From: Eledone cirrhosa
Taxonomy: Eukaryota
DNA: 64,000 bases
Direction of reading: 5' to 3'
NCBI GenBank assembly: GCA_964016885.1
Contig: OZ024759.1
Location: 4,402,001 to 4,466,000, forward strand
Position 1 is the first letter of the stretch. Every line of letters starts with the position of its first letter. The position numbers and the translations under genes are program-made. Below are positions 12,301-27,300 of this stretch, one piece after another. Below the pieces are notes generated by a model. That model was not told where the DNA came from, ran no database searches, and was given only the letters and a program-made list of their open reading frames with translations.

Positions 12301-15300
12301 CAGTGTCTGTGTGTCTACAGTGACTGTGTGTCTACAATGTCTGTGTGTCTACAATGTCTGTGTCTACAGTGTCTGTGTATCTACAGTGTCTGTGTGTCTA
12401 CAATGCCTGTGTCTCTACATTGTCTGTGTCTACAGTGTCTGTGTGTCTACAATGTCTGTGTGTCTACAATGTCTGTGTCTCTACAGTGTCTGTGTGTCTA
12501 CAATGTCTGTGTGTTTACAATGTCTGTGTCTACAGTGTCTGTGTGTCTACAGTGTCTGTGTGTCTACAATATCTGTGTGTCTACAATATCTGTGTGTCTA
12601 CAGTGTCTGTATCTACAGTGTCTGTGTCTCTACAGTGTCTGTGTCTACAATGTCTGTGTGTCTAAGGTGTCTGTGTGTCTACAGTGTCTGTGTGTCTACA
12701 ATGTCTGTGTGTCTACAGTGACTGTGTGTCTACAGTGTCTGTGTGTCTAAAATGTCTGTGTCTACAGTTTCTGTGTGTCTACAGTGTCTGTGTGTCTACA
12801 ATGTCTGTGTGTCTACAGTGTCTGTGTCTACAGTGTCTGTGTGTCTAAAATGTCTGTGTCTACAGTGACTGTGTGTCTACAGTGTCTACAATGTTTGTGT
12901 GTCTACAGTGTCTCTGTGTCTACAATGCCTGCGTCTACAGTGCCTGTGTCTACAATGACTGTGTGTCTACAGTGTCTGTGTGTCTACAGTGTCTGTGTCT
13001 ACAGTGTCTGTGTGTCTACAGTGTCTGTGTGTCTACAGTGTCTGTGTGTCTACAATGTCTGTGTGTCTACAGTGTCTGTGTGTCTACAGTGTCTCTGTGT
13101 CTACAATGCCTGTGTCTACAGTGCCTGTGTCTACAATGTCTGTGTGTCTACAGTGTCTGTGTCTACAGTGTCTGTGTGTCTACAGTGTCTGTGTGTCTAC
13201 AATGTCTGTGTGTCTACAATGTCTGTGTGTCTACAATGTCTGTGTGTCTACAATGTCTGTGTGTCTACAGTGTCTGTGTGTCTACAGTGTCTGTGTGTCT
13301 ACAGTGTCTGTGTGTCTACAGTGTCTGTGTGTCTACAGTGACTGTATATACAGTGTCTGTGTGTCTACAGTGTCTGTGTGTCTACAGTGTCTGTGTGTCT
13401 AAAATGTCTGTGTCTACAGTTACTGTGTGTCTACAGTGTCTGTGTGTCTACAATGTCTGTGTGTCTACAGTGTCTGTGTGTCTACAGTGTCTGTGTGTCT
13501 ACAGTGTCTGTGTGTCTACAGTGACTGTGTGTCTACAATGTCTGTGTGTCTACAATGTCTGAGTGTCTACAATGTCTGTGTGTCTACAATGTCTGTGTGT
13601 CTACAGTGCCTGTGTCTACAGTGCCTGTGTCTACAATGTCTGTGTGTCTACAGTGTCTGTGCCTACAATGCCTGTGTCTACAATGCCTGTGTCTACAGTG
13701 TCTGTGTGTCTACAGTGTCTGTGTCTACAGTGTCTGAGTCTACAATGTCTGTGTGTCTACAGTGTCTGTGTCTACAGTGTCCGTGTGTCTGTGTACATTG
13801 TCCGTGTGTCTACAGTGTCTGTGTCTACAGTGTCTGTGTGTCTACAGTGTCTGTGTCTACAGTGTCTGTGTGTCTACGTCTGTGTGTCTACACTGTCTGT
13901 CTGTGTACAGTGTTTGTGTGTCTACAGTGTCTGTGTGTCTACAATGTCTGTGTCTACAGTGTTTGTGTGTCTACAGTGTCTGTGTGTCTACAGTGTCTGT
14001 GCCTACAGTGTCTGGGTGTCTACAATGTCTGTGTGTCTACAGTGTCTGTGTGGCTACAGTGTCTGTGTGTCTACAGTGTATGTGTCTACAGTGACTGTGT
14101 GTCTACAGTGTCTGTGTGTCTACAATGTTTGTGTGTCTACAGTGTCTCTGTGTCTACAATGCCTGTGTCTACAGTGCCTGTGTCAACAGTGCCTGTGTCT
14201 ACAATGTCTGTGTGTCTACAGTGTCTGTGTGTCTACAGTGTCTGTGTGTCTACAGTGTCTGTGTCTCTACAGTGTCTGTGTTTCTACAGTGTCTGCGTGT
14301 CTACAGTGACTGTATATACAGTGTCTGTGTGTCTACAGTGTCTGTGTGTCTACAGTGTCTGTGTGTCTACAATATATGTGTCTACAGTGTCTGTGTGTCT
14401 AAAATGTCTGTGTCTACAGTGACTGTGTGTCTACAGTGTCTGTGTGTCTACAATGTCTGTGTGTCTACAGTGTCTGTGTGTCTACAGTGTCTCTGTGTCT
14501 ACAATGCCTGTGTCTACAGTGCCTGTGTCTACAATGTCTGTGTGTCTACAGTGTCTGTGTGTCTACAGTGTCTATGTCTACAGTGTCTGTGTGTCTACAG
14601 TGTCTGTGTCTACAGTGTCTGTGTGTCTACAGTGTCTGTGTGTCTACAGTGTCTATGTCTACAGTGTCTGTGTGTCTACAGTGTCTGTGTGTCTACAGTG
14701 ACTGTATATACAGTGTCTGTGTGTCTACAGTGTTTGTGTGTCTACAGTGTCTGTTTGTCTACAATGCCTGTGTCTACAGTGTATGTGTGTCTACAGTGTC
14801 TGTGTCTACTGTGTCTACAGTGTCTGAGTCTACAATGTCTGTGTGTCTACAGTGTCTGTGTGTGTACAGTGTCTGTGTCTACAGTGTCTGTGTCTACAGC
14901 GTCTGAGTCTACAATGCCTGTGTGTCTACAATGCCTGTGTCTACAGTGTCCGTGTGTCTGTGTCTACAGTGTCTGTGTCTACAATACCTGTGTCTAGAGT
15001 GTCTGTGTGTCTACAGTGTCTGAGTCTACAATGTCTGTGTGTCTACAATGCCTGTGTCTACAGTGTCCGTGTGTCTGTGTCTACAGTGTCTGTGACTACA
15101 AAGCCTGTGTCTACAGTGTCTGTGTGTCTACAGTGTCTGTGTCTACAGTGTCTGTGTCTACAGTGTCTGAGTCTACAATGTCTGTGTGTCTACAGTGTCT
15201 GTGTCTACAGTGTCTGTGTGTCTACAGTGTCTGTGTGTCTACAATGTCTGTGTGTCTACAGTGTCTGTGTGTCTACAGTGTATGTGTCTACAGTGACTGT

Positions 15301-18300
15301 GTGTCTACAGTGTCTGTGTGTCTACAATGTTTGTGTGTCTACAGTGTCTCTGTGTCTACAATGCCTGTGTCTACAGTGCCTGTGTCAACAGTGCCTGTGT
15401 CTACAATGTCTGTGTGTCTACAGTGTCTGTGTGTCTACAGTGTCTGTGTGTCTACAGTGTCTGTGTCTACAGTGTCTGTGTGTCTACAATGTCTGTGTGT
15501 CTACAATGTCTGTGTGTCTACAGTGTCTGTGTCTACAGTGTCTGTGTGTCTACAGTGTCTGTGTCTACAGTGTCTGTGTGTCTACAGTGTCTACAGTGTC
15601 TGTGTGTCTACAGTGTCTGTGTCTACAGTGTCTGTGTGTCTACAGTGTCTGTGTCTACAGTGTCTGTGTGTCTACAGTGTCTGTGTGTCTACAATGTCTG
15701 TGTGTCTACAATGTCTGTGTGTCTACAATGTCTGTGTGTCTACAGTGTCTGTGTGTCTACAGTGTCTGTGTGTCTACAGTGTCTGTGTGTCTACAGTGAC
15801 TGTGTATCTGCAGTGTCTGTGTGTCTACAATGCCTGTGTCTCTACATTGTCTGTGTCTACAGTGTCTGTGTGTCTACAATGTCTGTGTGTCTACAGTGTC
15901 TGTGTGTCTACAGTGTCTGTGTGTCTACAATGTCTGTGTCTCTACATTGTCTGTGTCTCTACAGTGTCTGTGTCTACAGTGTCTGTGTGTCTACAATGTC
16001 TGTGTGTCTACAATGTCTGTGTGTCTACAATGTCTGTGTGTCTACAATGTCTGTGAGTCTACAATGTCTGTGTGTCTACAGTGTCTGTGTGTCTACAGTG
16101 TCTGTGTGTCTACAGTGTCTGTGTTTCTACAGTGTCTGTGTGTCTACAGTGTCTGTGTGTGTACAGTGTCTGTGTCTACTGTGTCTACAGTGTCTGTGTC
16201 TACAGTGTCTGAGTCTACAATGTTTGTGTGTCTACAGTGTCTGTGTGTGTACAGTGTCTGTGTCTACAGTGTCTGAGTCTACAATGTCTGTGTGTCTACA
16301 ATGCCTGTGTCTACAGTGTCCGTGTGTCTGTGTCTACAGTGTCTGTGTCTACAATACCTGTGTCTACAGTGTCTGTGTGTCTACAGTCTCTGAGTCTACA
16401 ATGTCTGTGTGTCTACAATGCCTGTGTCTACAGTGTCCGTGTGTCTGTGTCTACAGTGTCTGTGAATACAATGCCTGTGTCTACAGTGTCTGTGTGTCTA
16501 CAGTGTCTGTGTCTACAGTGTCTGTGTCTACAGTGTCTGAGTCTACAATGTCTGTGTGTCTACAGTGTCTGTGTCTACAGTGTCCGTGTGTCTGTCTACA
16601 GTGTCTGTGTGTCTACAGTGTCTGTGTCTACAGTGACTGTGTGTCTACAGTGTCTGTGTGTCTACAATATGTGTCTACAGTGTCTGTGTCTACAGTGTCT
16701 GTGTGTCTACACTGTCTGTCTGTCTACAGTGTTTGTGTATCTACAGTGTCTGTGTGTCTACAATGTATGTGTGTCTACAGTGTCTGTGTCTACGTCTGTG
16801 TGTCTACAGTGTCTGTGTGTCTACAGTGTCTGTGTCTCTACATTGTCTGTGTGTCTACAGTGTCTGTGTCTACAGTGTCTGTGTGTCTACAGTGTCTGTG
16901 TGTCTACAGTGTCTGTGTGTCTACAGTGTCTGTGTCTACAGTGTCTGTCTGTCTACAGTGTCTGTGTCTACAGTGTCTGTGTGTCTACAATGTCTGTGTG
17001 TCTACAATGTCTGTGTGTCTACAGTGTCTGTGTCTACAGTGTCTGTGTGTCTACAGTGTCTGTGTCTACAGTGTCTGTGTGTCCACAGTGTCTGTGTCTA
17101 CAGTGTCTGTGTGTCTACAGTGTCTGTGTCTACAGTGTCTGTGTGTCTACAGTGTCTGTGTCTACAGTGTCTGTGTGTCTACAGTGTCTGTGTGTCTACA
17201 ATGTCTGTGTGTCTACAATGTCTGTGTGTCTACAATGTCTGTGTGTCTACAGTGTCTGTGTGTCTACAGTGTCTGTGTATCTACAGTGTCTGTGTGTCTA
17301 CAGTGACTGTGTGTCTACAATGTCTGTGTGTCTACAATGTCTGTGTCTACAGTGTCTGTGTATCTACAGTGTCTGTGTGTCTACAATGCCTGTGTCTCTA
17401 CATTGTCTGTGTCTACAGTGTCTGTGTGTCTACAATGTCTGTGTGTCTACAATGTCTGTGTCTCTACAGTGTCTGTGTGTCTACAATGTCTGTGTGTTTA
17501 CAATGTCTGTGTCTACAGTGTCTGTGTGTCTACAGTGTCTGTGTGTCTACAATATCTGTGTGTCTACAATATCTGTGTGTCTACAGTGTCTGTATCTACA
17601 GTGTCTGTGTCTCTACAGTGTCTGTGTCTACAATGTCTGTGTGTCTAAGGTGTCTGTGTGTCTACAGTGTCTGTGTGTCTACAATGTCTGTGTGTCTACA
17701 GTGACTGTGTGTCTACAGTGTCTGTGTGTCTAAAATGTCTGTGTCTACAGTTTCTGTGTGTCTACAGTGTCTGTGTGTCTACAATGTCTGTGTGTCTACA
17801 GTGTCTGTGTCTACAGTGTCTGTGTGTCTAAAATGTCTGTGTCTACAGTGACTGTGTGTCTACAATGTTTGTGTGTCTACAGTGTCTCTGTGTCTACAAT
17901 GCCTGTGTCTACAGTGCCTGTGTCTACAATGACTGTGTGTCTACAGTGTCTGTGTGTCTACAGTGTCTGTGTCTACAGTGTCTGTGTGTCTACAGTGTCT
18001 GTGTGTCTACAGTGTCTGTGTGTCTACAATGTCTGTGTGTCTACAGTGTCTGTGTGTCTACAGTGTCTCTGTGTCTACAATGCCTGTGTCTACAGTGCCT
18101 GTGTCTACAATGTCTGTGTGTCTACAGTGTCTGTGTCTACAGTGTCTGTGTGTCTACAGTGTCTGTGTGTCTACAATGTCTGTGTGTCTACAATGTCTGT
18201 GTGTCTACAATGTCTGTGTGTCTACAATGTCTGTGTGTCTACAATGTCTGTGTGTCTACAGTGTCTGTGTGTCTACAGTGTCTGTGTGTCTACAGTGTCT

Positions 18301-21300
18301 GTGTGTCTACAGTGTCTGTGTGTCTACAGTGACTGTATATACAGTGTCTGTGTGTCTACAGTGTCTGTGTGTCTGTGTGTCTACAATGTCTGTGTCTACA
18401 GTGTCTGTGTGTCTAAAATGTCTGTGTCTACAGTTACTGTGTGTCTACAGTGTCTGTGTGTCTACAATGTCTGTGTGTCTACAGTGTCTGTGTGTCTACA
18501 GTGTCTGTGTGTCTACAGTGACTGTGTGTCTACAATGTCTGAGTGTCTACAATGTCTGTGTGTCTACAATGTCTGTGTGTCTACAGTGCCTGTGTCTACA
18601 GTGCCTGTGTCTACAATGTCTGTGTGTCTACAGTGTCTGTGCCTACAATGCCTGTGTCTACAATGCCTGTGTCTACAGTGTCTGTGTGTCTACAGTGTCT
18701 GTGTCTACAGTGTCTGAGTCTACAATGTCTGTGTGTCTACAGTGTCTGTGTCTACAGTGTCCGTGTGTCTGTCTACATTGTCCGTGTGTCTACAGTGTCT
18801 GTGTCTACAGTGTCTGTGTGTCTGTGTCTACAGTGTCTCTGTGTCTACGTCTGTGTGTCTACACTGTCTGTCTGTCTACAGTGTTTGTGTGTCTACAGTG
18901 TCTGTGTGTCTACAATGTCTGTGTCTACAGTGTTTGTGTGTCTACAGTGTCTGTGTGTCTACAGTGTCTGTGCCTACAGTGTCTGGGTGTCTACAATGTC
19001 TGTGTGTCTACAGTGTCTGTGTGTCTACAGTGTCTGTGTGTCTACAGTGTCTGTGTGTTTACAGTGTCTGTGTGTCTACAGTGTCTGTGTGTCTACAGTG
19101 TCTGTGTCTACAGTGTCTGTGTGTCTACAGTGTCTGTCTGTCTACAAGATGTGTCTACAGTGTCTGTGTCTACAGTGTCTGTGTGTCTACACTGTCTGTC
19201 TACAACGTTTGTGTGTCTACAGTGTCTGTGTGTTTACAGTGTCTGTGTGTCTACAGTGTCTGTGTGTCGACAGTGTCTGTGTCTACAGTGTCTGTGTGTC
19301 TACAGTGTCTGTGTGTCTACAAGATGTGTCTACAGTGTCTGTGTCTACAGTGTCTGTGTGTCTACAGTGTCTGTGTCTACAGTGTCTGTGTGTCTACAGT
19401 GTCTGTGTCTACAGTGTCTACAGTGTCTGTGTGTCTACAATGTCTGTGTGTCTACAATGTCTGTGTGTCTACAATGTCTGTGTGTCTACAGTGTCTGTGT
19501 GTCTACAGTGTCTGTGTGTCTACAGTGACTGTGTGTCTACAATGTCTGTGTGTCTACAATGTCTGTGTGTCTACAGTGTCTGTGTGTCTACAGTGTCTGT
19601 GTGTCTACAATGTCTGTGTGTCTACAATGTCTGTGTCTACAGTGTCTGTGTATCTACAGTGTCTGTGTGTCTACAGTGACTGTGTGTCTACAATGTCTGT
19701 GTGTCTACAATGCCTGTGTCTCTACATTGTCTGTGTCTACAGTGTCTGTGTGTCTACTATGTCTGTGTGTCTACAGTGTCTGTGTGTCTACAGTGTCTGT
19801 GTGTCTACAATGTCTGTGTCTCTACAGTGTCTGTGTCTACAGTGTCTGTGTGTCTACAATGTCTGTGTGTTTACAATGTCTGTGTCTACAGTGTCTGTGT
19901 GTCTACAGTGTCTGTGTGTCTACAATATCTGTGTGTCTACAGTGTCTGTATCTACATTGTCTGTATCTACACTGTCTGTGTCTCTACAGTGTCTGTGTCT
20001 ACAATGTCTGTGTGTCTACAGTGTCTGTGTGTCTAAAATGTCTGTGTCTACAGTTTCTGTGTGTCTACAGTGTCTGTGTGTCTACAATGTCTGTGTGTCT
20101 ACAGTGTCTGTGTCTACAGTGTCTGTGTGTCTAAAATGTCTACAGTGACTATGTGTCTACAGTGTCTGTGTGTCTACAATGTTTGTGTGTCTACAATGTC
20201 TGTGTGTCTACAGTGTCTGTGTTTCTACAGTGTCTGTGTGTCTACAGTGACTGTATATACAGTGTCTGTGTGTCTACAGTGTCTGTGTGTCTACAGTGTC
20301 TGTGTGTCTACAATGCCTGTGTCTACAGTGTCTGTGTCTACTGTGTCTACAGTGTCTGTGTCTACTGTGTCTACAGTGTCTGTGTCTACAGTGTCTGAGT
20401 CTACAATGTCTGTGTGTCTACAGTGTCTGTGTGTGTACAGTGTCTGTGTCTACAGTGTCTGTGTCTACAGTGTCTGAGTCTACAATGTCTGTGTGTCCGT
20501 GTGTCTGTGTCTACAGTGTCTGTGTCTACAGTGCCTGTGTCTACAGTGTCTGTGTGTCTACAGTGTCTGTGTCTACAGTGTCTGAGTCTACAATTTCTGT
20601 GTGTCTACAGTGTCTGTGTCTACAATGTCTGTGTCTACAGTGTCCGTGTGTCTGTCTACAGAGTCTGTGTGTCTACAGTGTCTGTGTCTACAGTGACTGT
20701 GTGTCTACAGTGTCTGTGTGTCTACAATATGTGTCCACAGTGTCCGTGTGTCTGTCTACAGTGTCTGTGTGTCTACAGTGTCTGTGCCTACAGTGTCTGG
20801 GTGTCTACAATGTCTGTGTGTCTACAGTGTCTGTGTGTCTACAGTGTCTGTGTGTCTACAGTGTCTGTGTGTCTACAATGTCTGTGTGTCTACAGTGTCT
20901 GTGTGTCTACAGTGTCTGTGTGTCTACAGTGTCTGTGTGTCTACAGTGTCTGTGTCTACAGTGTCTGTGTGTCTACAGTGTCTGTGTGTCCACAATGTCT
21001 GTGTGTCTACAATGTCTGTGTGTCTACAATGTCTGTGTGTCTACAGTGTCTGTATCTACAGTGTCTGTGTGTCTACAGTGTCTGTGTGTCTACAGTGTCT
21101 GTGTGTCTACAGTTTCTGTGTCTACAATGTCTGTGTGTCTACAGTGACTGTGTGTCTACAGTGTCTGTGTGTCTAAAATGTCTGTGTCTACAGTTTCTGT
21201 GTGTCTACAGTGTCTGTGTGTCTACAATGTCTGTGTGTCTACAGTGTCTGAGTCTACAATGTATGTGTGACTACAGTGTCTTTGCCTACAATGCCTGTTT

Positions 21301-24300
21301 CTACAGTGTCTGTGTGTCTACAGTGTCTGAGTCTACAATGTCTGTGTGTCTACAGTGTCTGTGTGTCTACAGTGTCTGTGTCTATAGTGTCCGTGTGTCT
21401 GTCTACAGTGTCTGTGTGTCTACAGTGTCTGTGTCTACAGTGACTGTGTGTCTACAGTGTCTGTGTGTCTACAATATGTGTCCACAGTGTCCGTGTGTCT
21501 GTCTACAGTGTCTGTGTGTCTACGTCTGTGTGTCTACACTGTCTGTCTGTCTACAGTGTTTGTGTGTCTACAGTGTCTGTGTGTCTACAATGTCTGTGTC
21601 TACAGTGTCTGTGTGTCTACAGTGTCTGTGCCTACAGTGTCTGGGTGTCTACAATGTCTGTGTGTCTACAGTGTCTGTGTGTCTACAGTGTCCGTGTGTC
21701 TACAGTGTCTGTGTGTCTACAGTGTCTGTGTGTTTACAGTGTCTGTGTGTCTACAGTGTCTGTGTGTCTACAGTGTCTGTGTCTACAGTGTCTGTGTGTC
21801 TACAGTGTCTGTGTGTCTACAGTGTCTGTGTGTCTACAGTGTCTGTGTCTACAGTGTCTGTGTGTCTACAGTGTCTGTGTCTACAGTGTCTGTGTGTCTA
21901 CAGTGTCTGTGTGTCCACAATGTCTGTGTGTCTACAATGTCTGTGTGGCTACAATGTCTGTGTGTCTACAATGTCTGTGTGTCTACAGTGTCTGTATCTA
22001 CATTGTCTGTATCTACAGTGTCTGTGTGTCTACAATGTCTGTGTGTCTACAATGTCTGTGTGTCTACAGTGTCTGTATCTACATTGTCTGTATCTACAGT
22101 GTCTGTGTGTCTACAGTGTCTGTGTGTCTACAGTGTCTGTGTGTCTACAGTGTCTGTGTCTAAAGTGTCTGTGTGTCTACAGTTTCTGTGTCTACAATGT
22201 CTGTGTGTCTACAGTGACTGTGTGTCTACAGTGTCTGTGTGTCTAAAATGTCTGTGTCTACAGTTTCTGTGTGTCTACAGTGTCTGTGTGTCTACAATGT
22301 CTGTGTGTCTACAGTGTCTGATTCTACAATGTATGTGTGTCTACAGTGTCTGTGCCTACAATGCCTGTGTCTACAGTGTCTGTGTGTCTACAGTGTCTGT
22401 GTCTACAGTGTCTGAGTCTACAATGTCTGTGTGTCTACAGTGTCTGTGTCTACAATGTCTGTGTCTATAGTGTCCGTGTGTCTGTCTACAGTGTCTGTGT
22501 GTCTACAGTGTCTGTGTCTACAGTGACTGTGTGTCTACAGTGTCTGTGTGTCTACAATATGTGTCCACAGTGTCCGTGTGTCTGTCTACAGTGTCTGTGT
22601 GTCTACATTGTCTGTGTCTACGTCTGTGTGTCTACACTGTCTGTCTGTCTACAGTGTTTGTGTGTCTACAGTGTCTGTGTGTCTACAATGTCTGTGTCTA
22701 CAGTGTTTGTGTGTCTACAGTGTCTGTGTGTCTACAGTGTCTGTGTGCCTACAGTGTCTGGGTGTCTACAATGTCTGGGTGTCTACAGTGTCTGTGTGTC
22801 TACAGTGTCTGTGTGTCTACAGTGTCTGTGTGTTTACAGTGTCTGTGTGTCTACAGTGTCTGTGTGTCTACAGTGTCTGTGTGTCTACAGTGTCTGTGTC
22901 TACAGTGTCTGTGTGTCTACAGTGTCTGTGTCTACAGTGTCTGTGTGTCTACAGTGTCTGTGTGTCTACAGTGTCTGTGTGTCTACAGTGTCTGTGTGTC
23001 TACAATGTCTGTGTGTCTACAATGTCTGTGTGTCTACATTGTCTGTATCTACAGTGTCTGTGTGTCTACAGTGTCTGTGTCTAAAGTGTCTGTGTGTCTA
23101 CAGTTTCTGTGTCTACAATGTCTGTGTGTCTACAGTGACTGTGTGTCTACAGTGTCTGTGTGTCTAAAATGTCTGTGTCTACAGTTTCTGTGTGTCTACA
23201 GTGTCTGTGTGTCTACAATGTCTGTGTGTCTACAGTGTCTCTGTGTCTACAATGCCTGTGTCTACAGTGTCTGTGCGTCTACAGTGTCTGTGTGTCTACA
23301 GTGTCTGTGTGTCTACAATGTCTGTGTGTCTACAATGTCTGTGTGTCTACAGTGTCTGTGTGTCTACAGTGTCTGTGTGTCTACAGTGTCTGTGTGTCTA
23401 CAATGCCTTTGTCTACAGTGTCTGTGTGTCTACAATGTCTGTGTCTACAGTGTCTGTGTGTCTAAAATGTCTACAGTGACTGTGTGTCTACAATGTCTGT
23501 GTGTCTACAGTGTTTCTGTGTCTACAATGCCTGTGTCTACAGTGCCTGTGTCTACAATGTCTGTGTGTCTACAGTGTCTGTGTGTCTACAGTGTCTGTGT
23601 CTCTACAGTGTCTGTGTCTACAGTGTCTGTGTGTCTACAGTGTCTGTGTGTCTACAATGTCTGTGTGTCTACAATGTCTGTGTGTCTACAATGTCTGTGT
23701 GTCTACAATGTCTGTGTGTCTACAATGTCTGTGTGTCTACAGTGTCTGTGTGTCTACAGTGTCTGTGTGTCTACAGTGTCTGTGTTTCTACAGTGTCTGT
23801 GTGTCTACAGTGACTGTATATACAGTGTCTGTGTGTCTACAGTGTCTGTGTGTCTACAGTGTCTGTGTGTCTACAATGCCTGTGTCTACAGTGTATGTGT
23901 GTCTACAGTGTCTGTGTCTACAGTGTCTGTGTGTCTACAGTGTCTGTGTGTCTACAGTGTCTGTGTGTCTACAGTGTCTATGTCTACAGTGTCTGTGTCT
24001 ACAGTGTCTGTGTGTCTACAGTGTCTGTGTGCCTACAATGTCTGTGTGTCAACAGTGACTGTGTGTCTACAGTGTCTGTGTGTCTACAGTGTCTGTGTGC
24101 CTACAATGTCTGTGTGCCTACAATGTCTGCGTGTCTACAGTGTCTGTGTGTCTACAGTGTCTGTGTGTCTACAGTGTCTGTGTGTTTACAGTGTCTGTGT
24201 GTCTACAATGTCTGTGTGTCTACAGTGTCTGTGTGTCTACAATGTCTGTGTATCTACAATGTCTGTGTGTGTACAATATCTGTGTGTCTACAATGTCTGT

Positions 24301-27300
24301 GTGTCTACAATGTCTGTGTGTCTACAGTCTCTGTGTGTCTACAGTGTCTGTGTCTACAGTGTCTGTGTGTCTACAGTGTCTGTGTCTACAGTGTCTGTGT
24401 GTCTACAGTGTCTGTGTGTCTACAATGTCTGTGTGTCTACAATGTCTGTGTGTCTACAATGTCTGTGTGTCTACAATGTCTGTGTGTCTACAGTGTCTGT
24501 GTCTCTACATTGTCTGTGTGTCTACAGTGTCTGTATCTACAGTGTCTGTGTGTCTACAGTGTCTGTGTGTCTACAGTGTCTGTGTGTCTGTGTCTACAGT
24601 GTCTGTGTTTCTACAGTGTCTGTGTCTACAGTGTCTGTGTGTCTACAGTGTCTGTGTGTCCACAATGTCTGTGTGTCTACAATGTCTGTGTGTCTACAAT
24701 GTCTGTGTGTCTACAGTGTCTGTGTGTCTACAGTGTCTGTATCTACATTGTCTGTATCTACAGTGTCTGTGTCTCTACAGTGTCTATGTCTACAATGTCT
24801 GTGTGTCTACAGTGTCTGTGTGTCTACAGTGTCTGTGTGTCTACAGTGTCTGTGTGTCTACAGTGTCTGTGTCTAAAGTGTCTGTGTCTCTACAGTGACT
24901 GTGTGTCTACAGTGTCTGTGTGTCTAAAATGTCTGTGTCTACAGTTTCTGTGTCTACAGTGTCTGTGTGTCTACAATGTCTGTGTGTCTACAGTGTCTGT
25001 GTCTACAGTGTCTGTGTGTCTAATATGTCTGTGTCTACAGTGACTGTGTGTCTACAGTGTCTGTGTGTCTACAATGTTTGTGTGTCTACAGTGTCTGTGT
25101 GTCTACACTGTCTGTGTCTACAATGTCTGTGTGTCTACAGTGTCTGTGTGTCTAAAATTTCTGTGTCTACAGTGACTGTGTGTCTACAGTGTCTCTGTGT
25201 CTACAATGCCTGTGTCTACAGTGTTTGTGTGTCTACAGCGTCTGTGTCTACAGTGTCTGTGTGTCTACAGTGTCTGTGTGTCTACAGTGTCTGTGTGTCT
25301 ACAATGTCTGTGTGTCTACAGTGTCTGTGTGTCTACAGTGTCTGTGTGTCTACAGTGTCTGTGTTTCTACAGTATCTGTGTGTCTACAGTGACTGCATAT
25401 ACAGTATCTGTGTGTCTACAATGCCTTTGTCTACAGTGTCTGTGTGTCTACAATGTCTGTGTCTACAGTGTCTGTGTGTCTAAAATGTCTACAGTGACTG
25501 TGTGTCTACAGTGTCTGTGTGTCTACAATGTCTGTGTGTCTACAGTGTCTGTGTGTCTACAATGCCTTTGTCTACAGTGTTTCTGTGTCTACAATGCCTG
25601 TGTCTACAGTGCCTGTGTCTACAATGTCTGTGTGTCTACAGTGTCTGTGTGTCTACAGTGTCTGTGTCTACAGTGTCTGTGTGTCTACAGTGTCTGTGTC
25701 TACAGTGTCTGTGTGTCTGCAGTGTCTGTGTGTCTACAATGTCTGTGTGTCTACAATGTCTGTGTGTCTACAATGTCTGTGTGTCTACAATGTCTGTTTG
25801 TCTACAATGTCTGTGTGTCTACAGTGTCTGTGTGTCTACAGTGTCTGTGTTTCTACAGTGTCTGTGTGTCTACAGTGACTGTATATACAGTGTCTGTGTG
25901 TCTACAGTGTCTGTGTGTCTACAGTGTCTGTGTGTCTACAATGCCTGTGTCTACAGTGTATGTGTGTCTACAGTGTCTGTGTCTACAGTGTCTGTGTGTC
26001 TACAGTGTCTGTGTGTCTACAGTGTCTATGTCTACAGTGTCTGTGTCTACAGTGTCTGTGTGTCTACAGTGTCTGTGTGCCTACAGTGTCTGTGTGTCAA
26101 CAGTGACTGTGTGTCTACAGTGTCTGTGTATCTACAGTGTCTGTGTGTCTACAGTGTCTGTGTGCCTACAATGTCTGTGTGCCTACAATGTCTGTGTGCC
26201 TACAATGTCTGCGTGTCTACAGTGTCTGTGTGTCTACAGTGTCTGTGTGTTTACAGTGTCTGTGTGTCTACAATGTCTGTGTGTCTACAGTGTCTGTGTG
26301 TCTACAATGTCTGTGTGTCTACAATGTCTGTGTGTCTACAATGTCTGTGTGTCTACAGTGTCTGTGTCTACAGTGTCTGTGTGTCTACAGTGTCTGTGTG
26401 TCTACAGTGTCTGTGTGTCTACAATGTCTGTGTGTCTACAATGTCTGTGTGTCTACAATGTCTGTGTGTCTACAACGTCTGTGTGTCTACAATGTCTGTG
26501 TGTCTACAGTGTCTGTGTCTACAGTGTCTGTGTGTCTACAGTGTCTGTGTGTCTACAGTGTCTGTGTCTCTACATTGTCTGTGTGTCTACAGTGTCTGTA
26601 TCTACAGTGTCTGTGTGTCTACAGTGTCTGTGTGTCTGTGTGTCTGTGTCTACAGTGTCTGTGTGTCTACAGTGTCTGTGTCTACAGTGTCTGTGTGTCT
26701 ACAGTGTCTGTGTGTCCACAATGTCTGTGTGTCTACAATGTCTGTGTGTCTACAATGTCTGTGTGTCTACAGTGTCTGTGTGTCTACAGTGTCTGTATCT
26801 ACATTGTCTGTATCTACAGTGCCTGTGTCTCTACAGTGTCTATGTCTACAATGTCTGTGTGTCTACAGTGTCTGTGTGTCTACAGTGTCTGTGTGTCTAC
26901 AGTGTCTACAGTGTCTGTGTCTAAAGTGTCTGTGTGTCTACAATGTCTGTGTGTCTACAGTGACTGTGTGTCTACAGTGTCTGTGTGTCTAAAATGTCTG
27001 TGTCTACAGTTTCTGTGTCTACAGTGTCTGTGTGTCTACAATGTCTGTGTGTCTACAGTGTCTGTGTCTACAGTGTCTGTGTGTCTAAAATGTCTGTGTC
27101 TACAGTGACTGTGTGTCTACAGTGTCTGTGTGTCTACAATGTTTGTGTGTCTACATTGTCTGTGTGTCTACACTGTCTGTGTCTACAATGTCTGTGTGTC
27201 TACAGTGTCTGTGTCTACAATGTCTGTGTCTACAGTGACTGTGTGTCTACAGTGTCTCTGTGTCTACAATGCCTGTGTCTACAGTGTTTGTGTGTCTACA

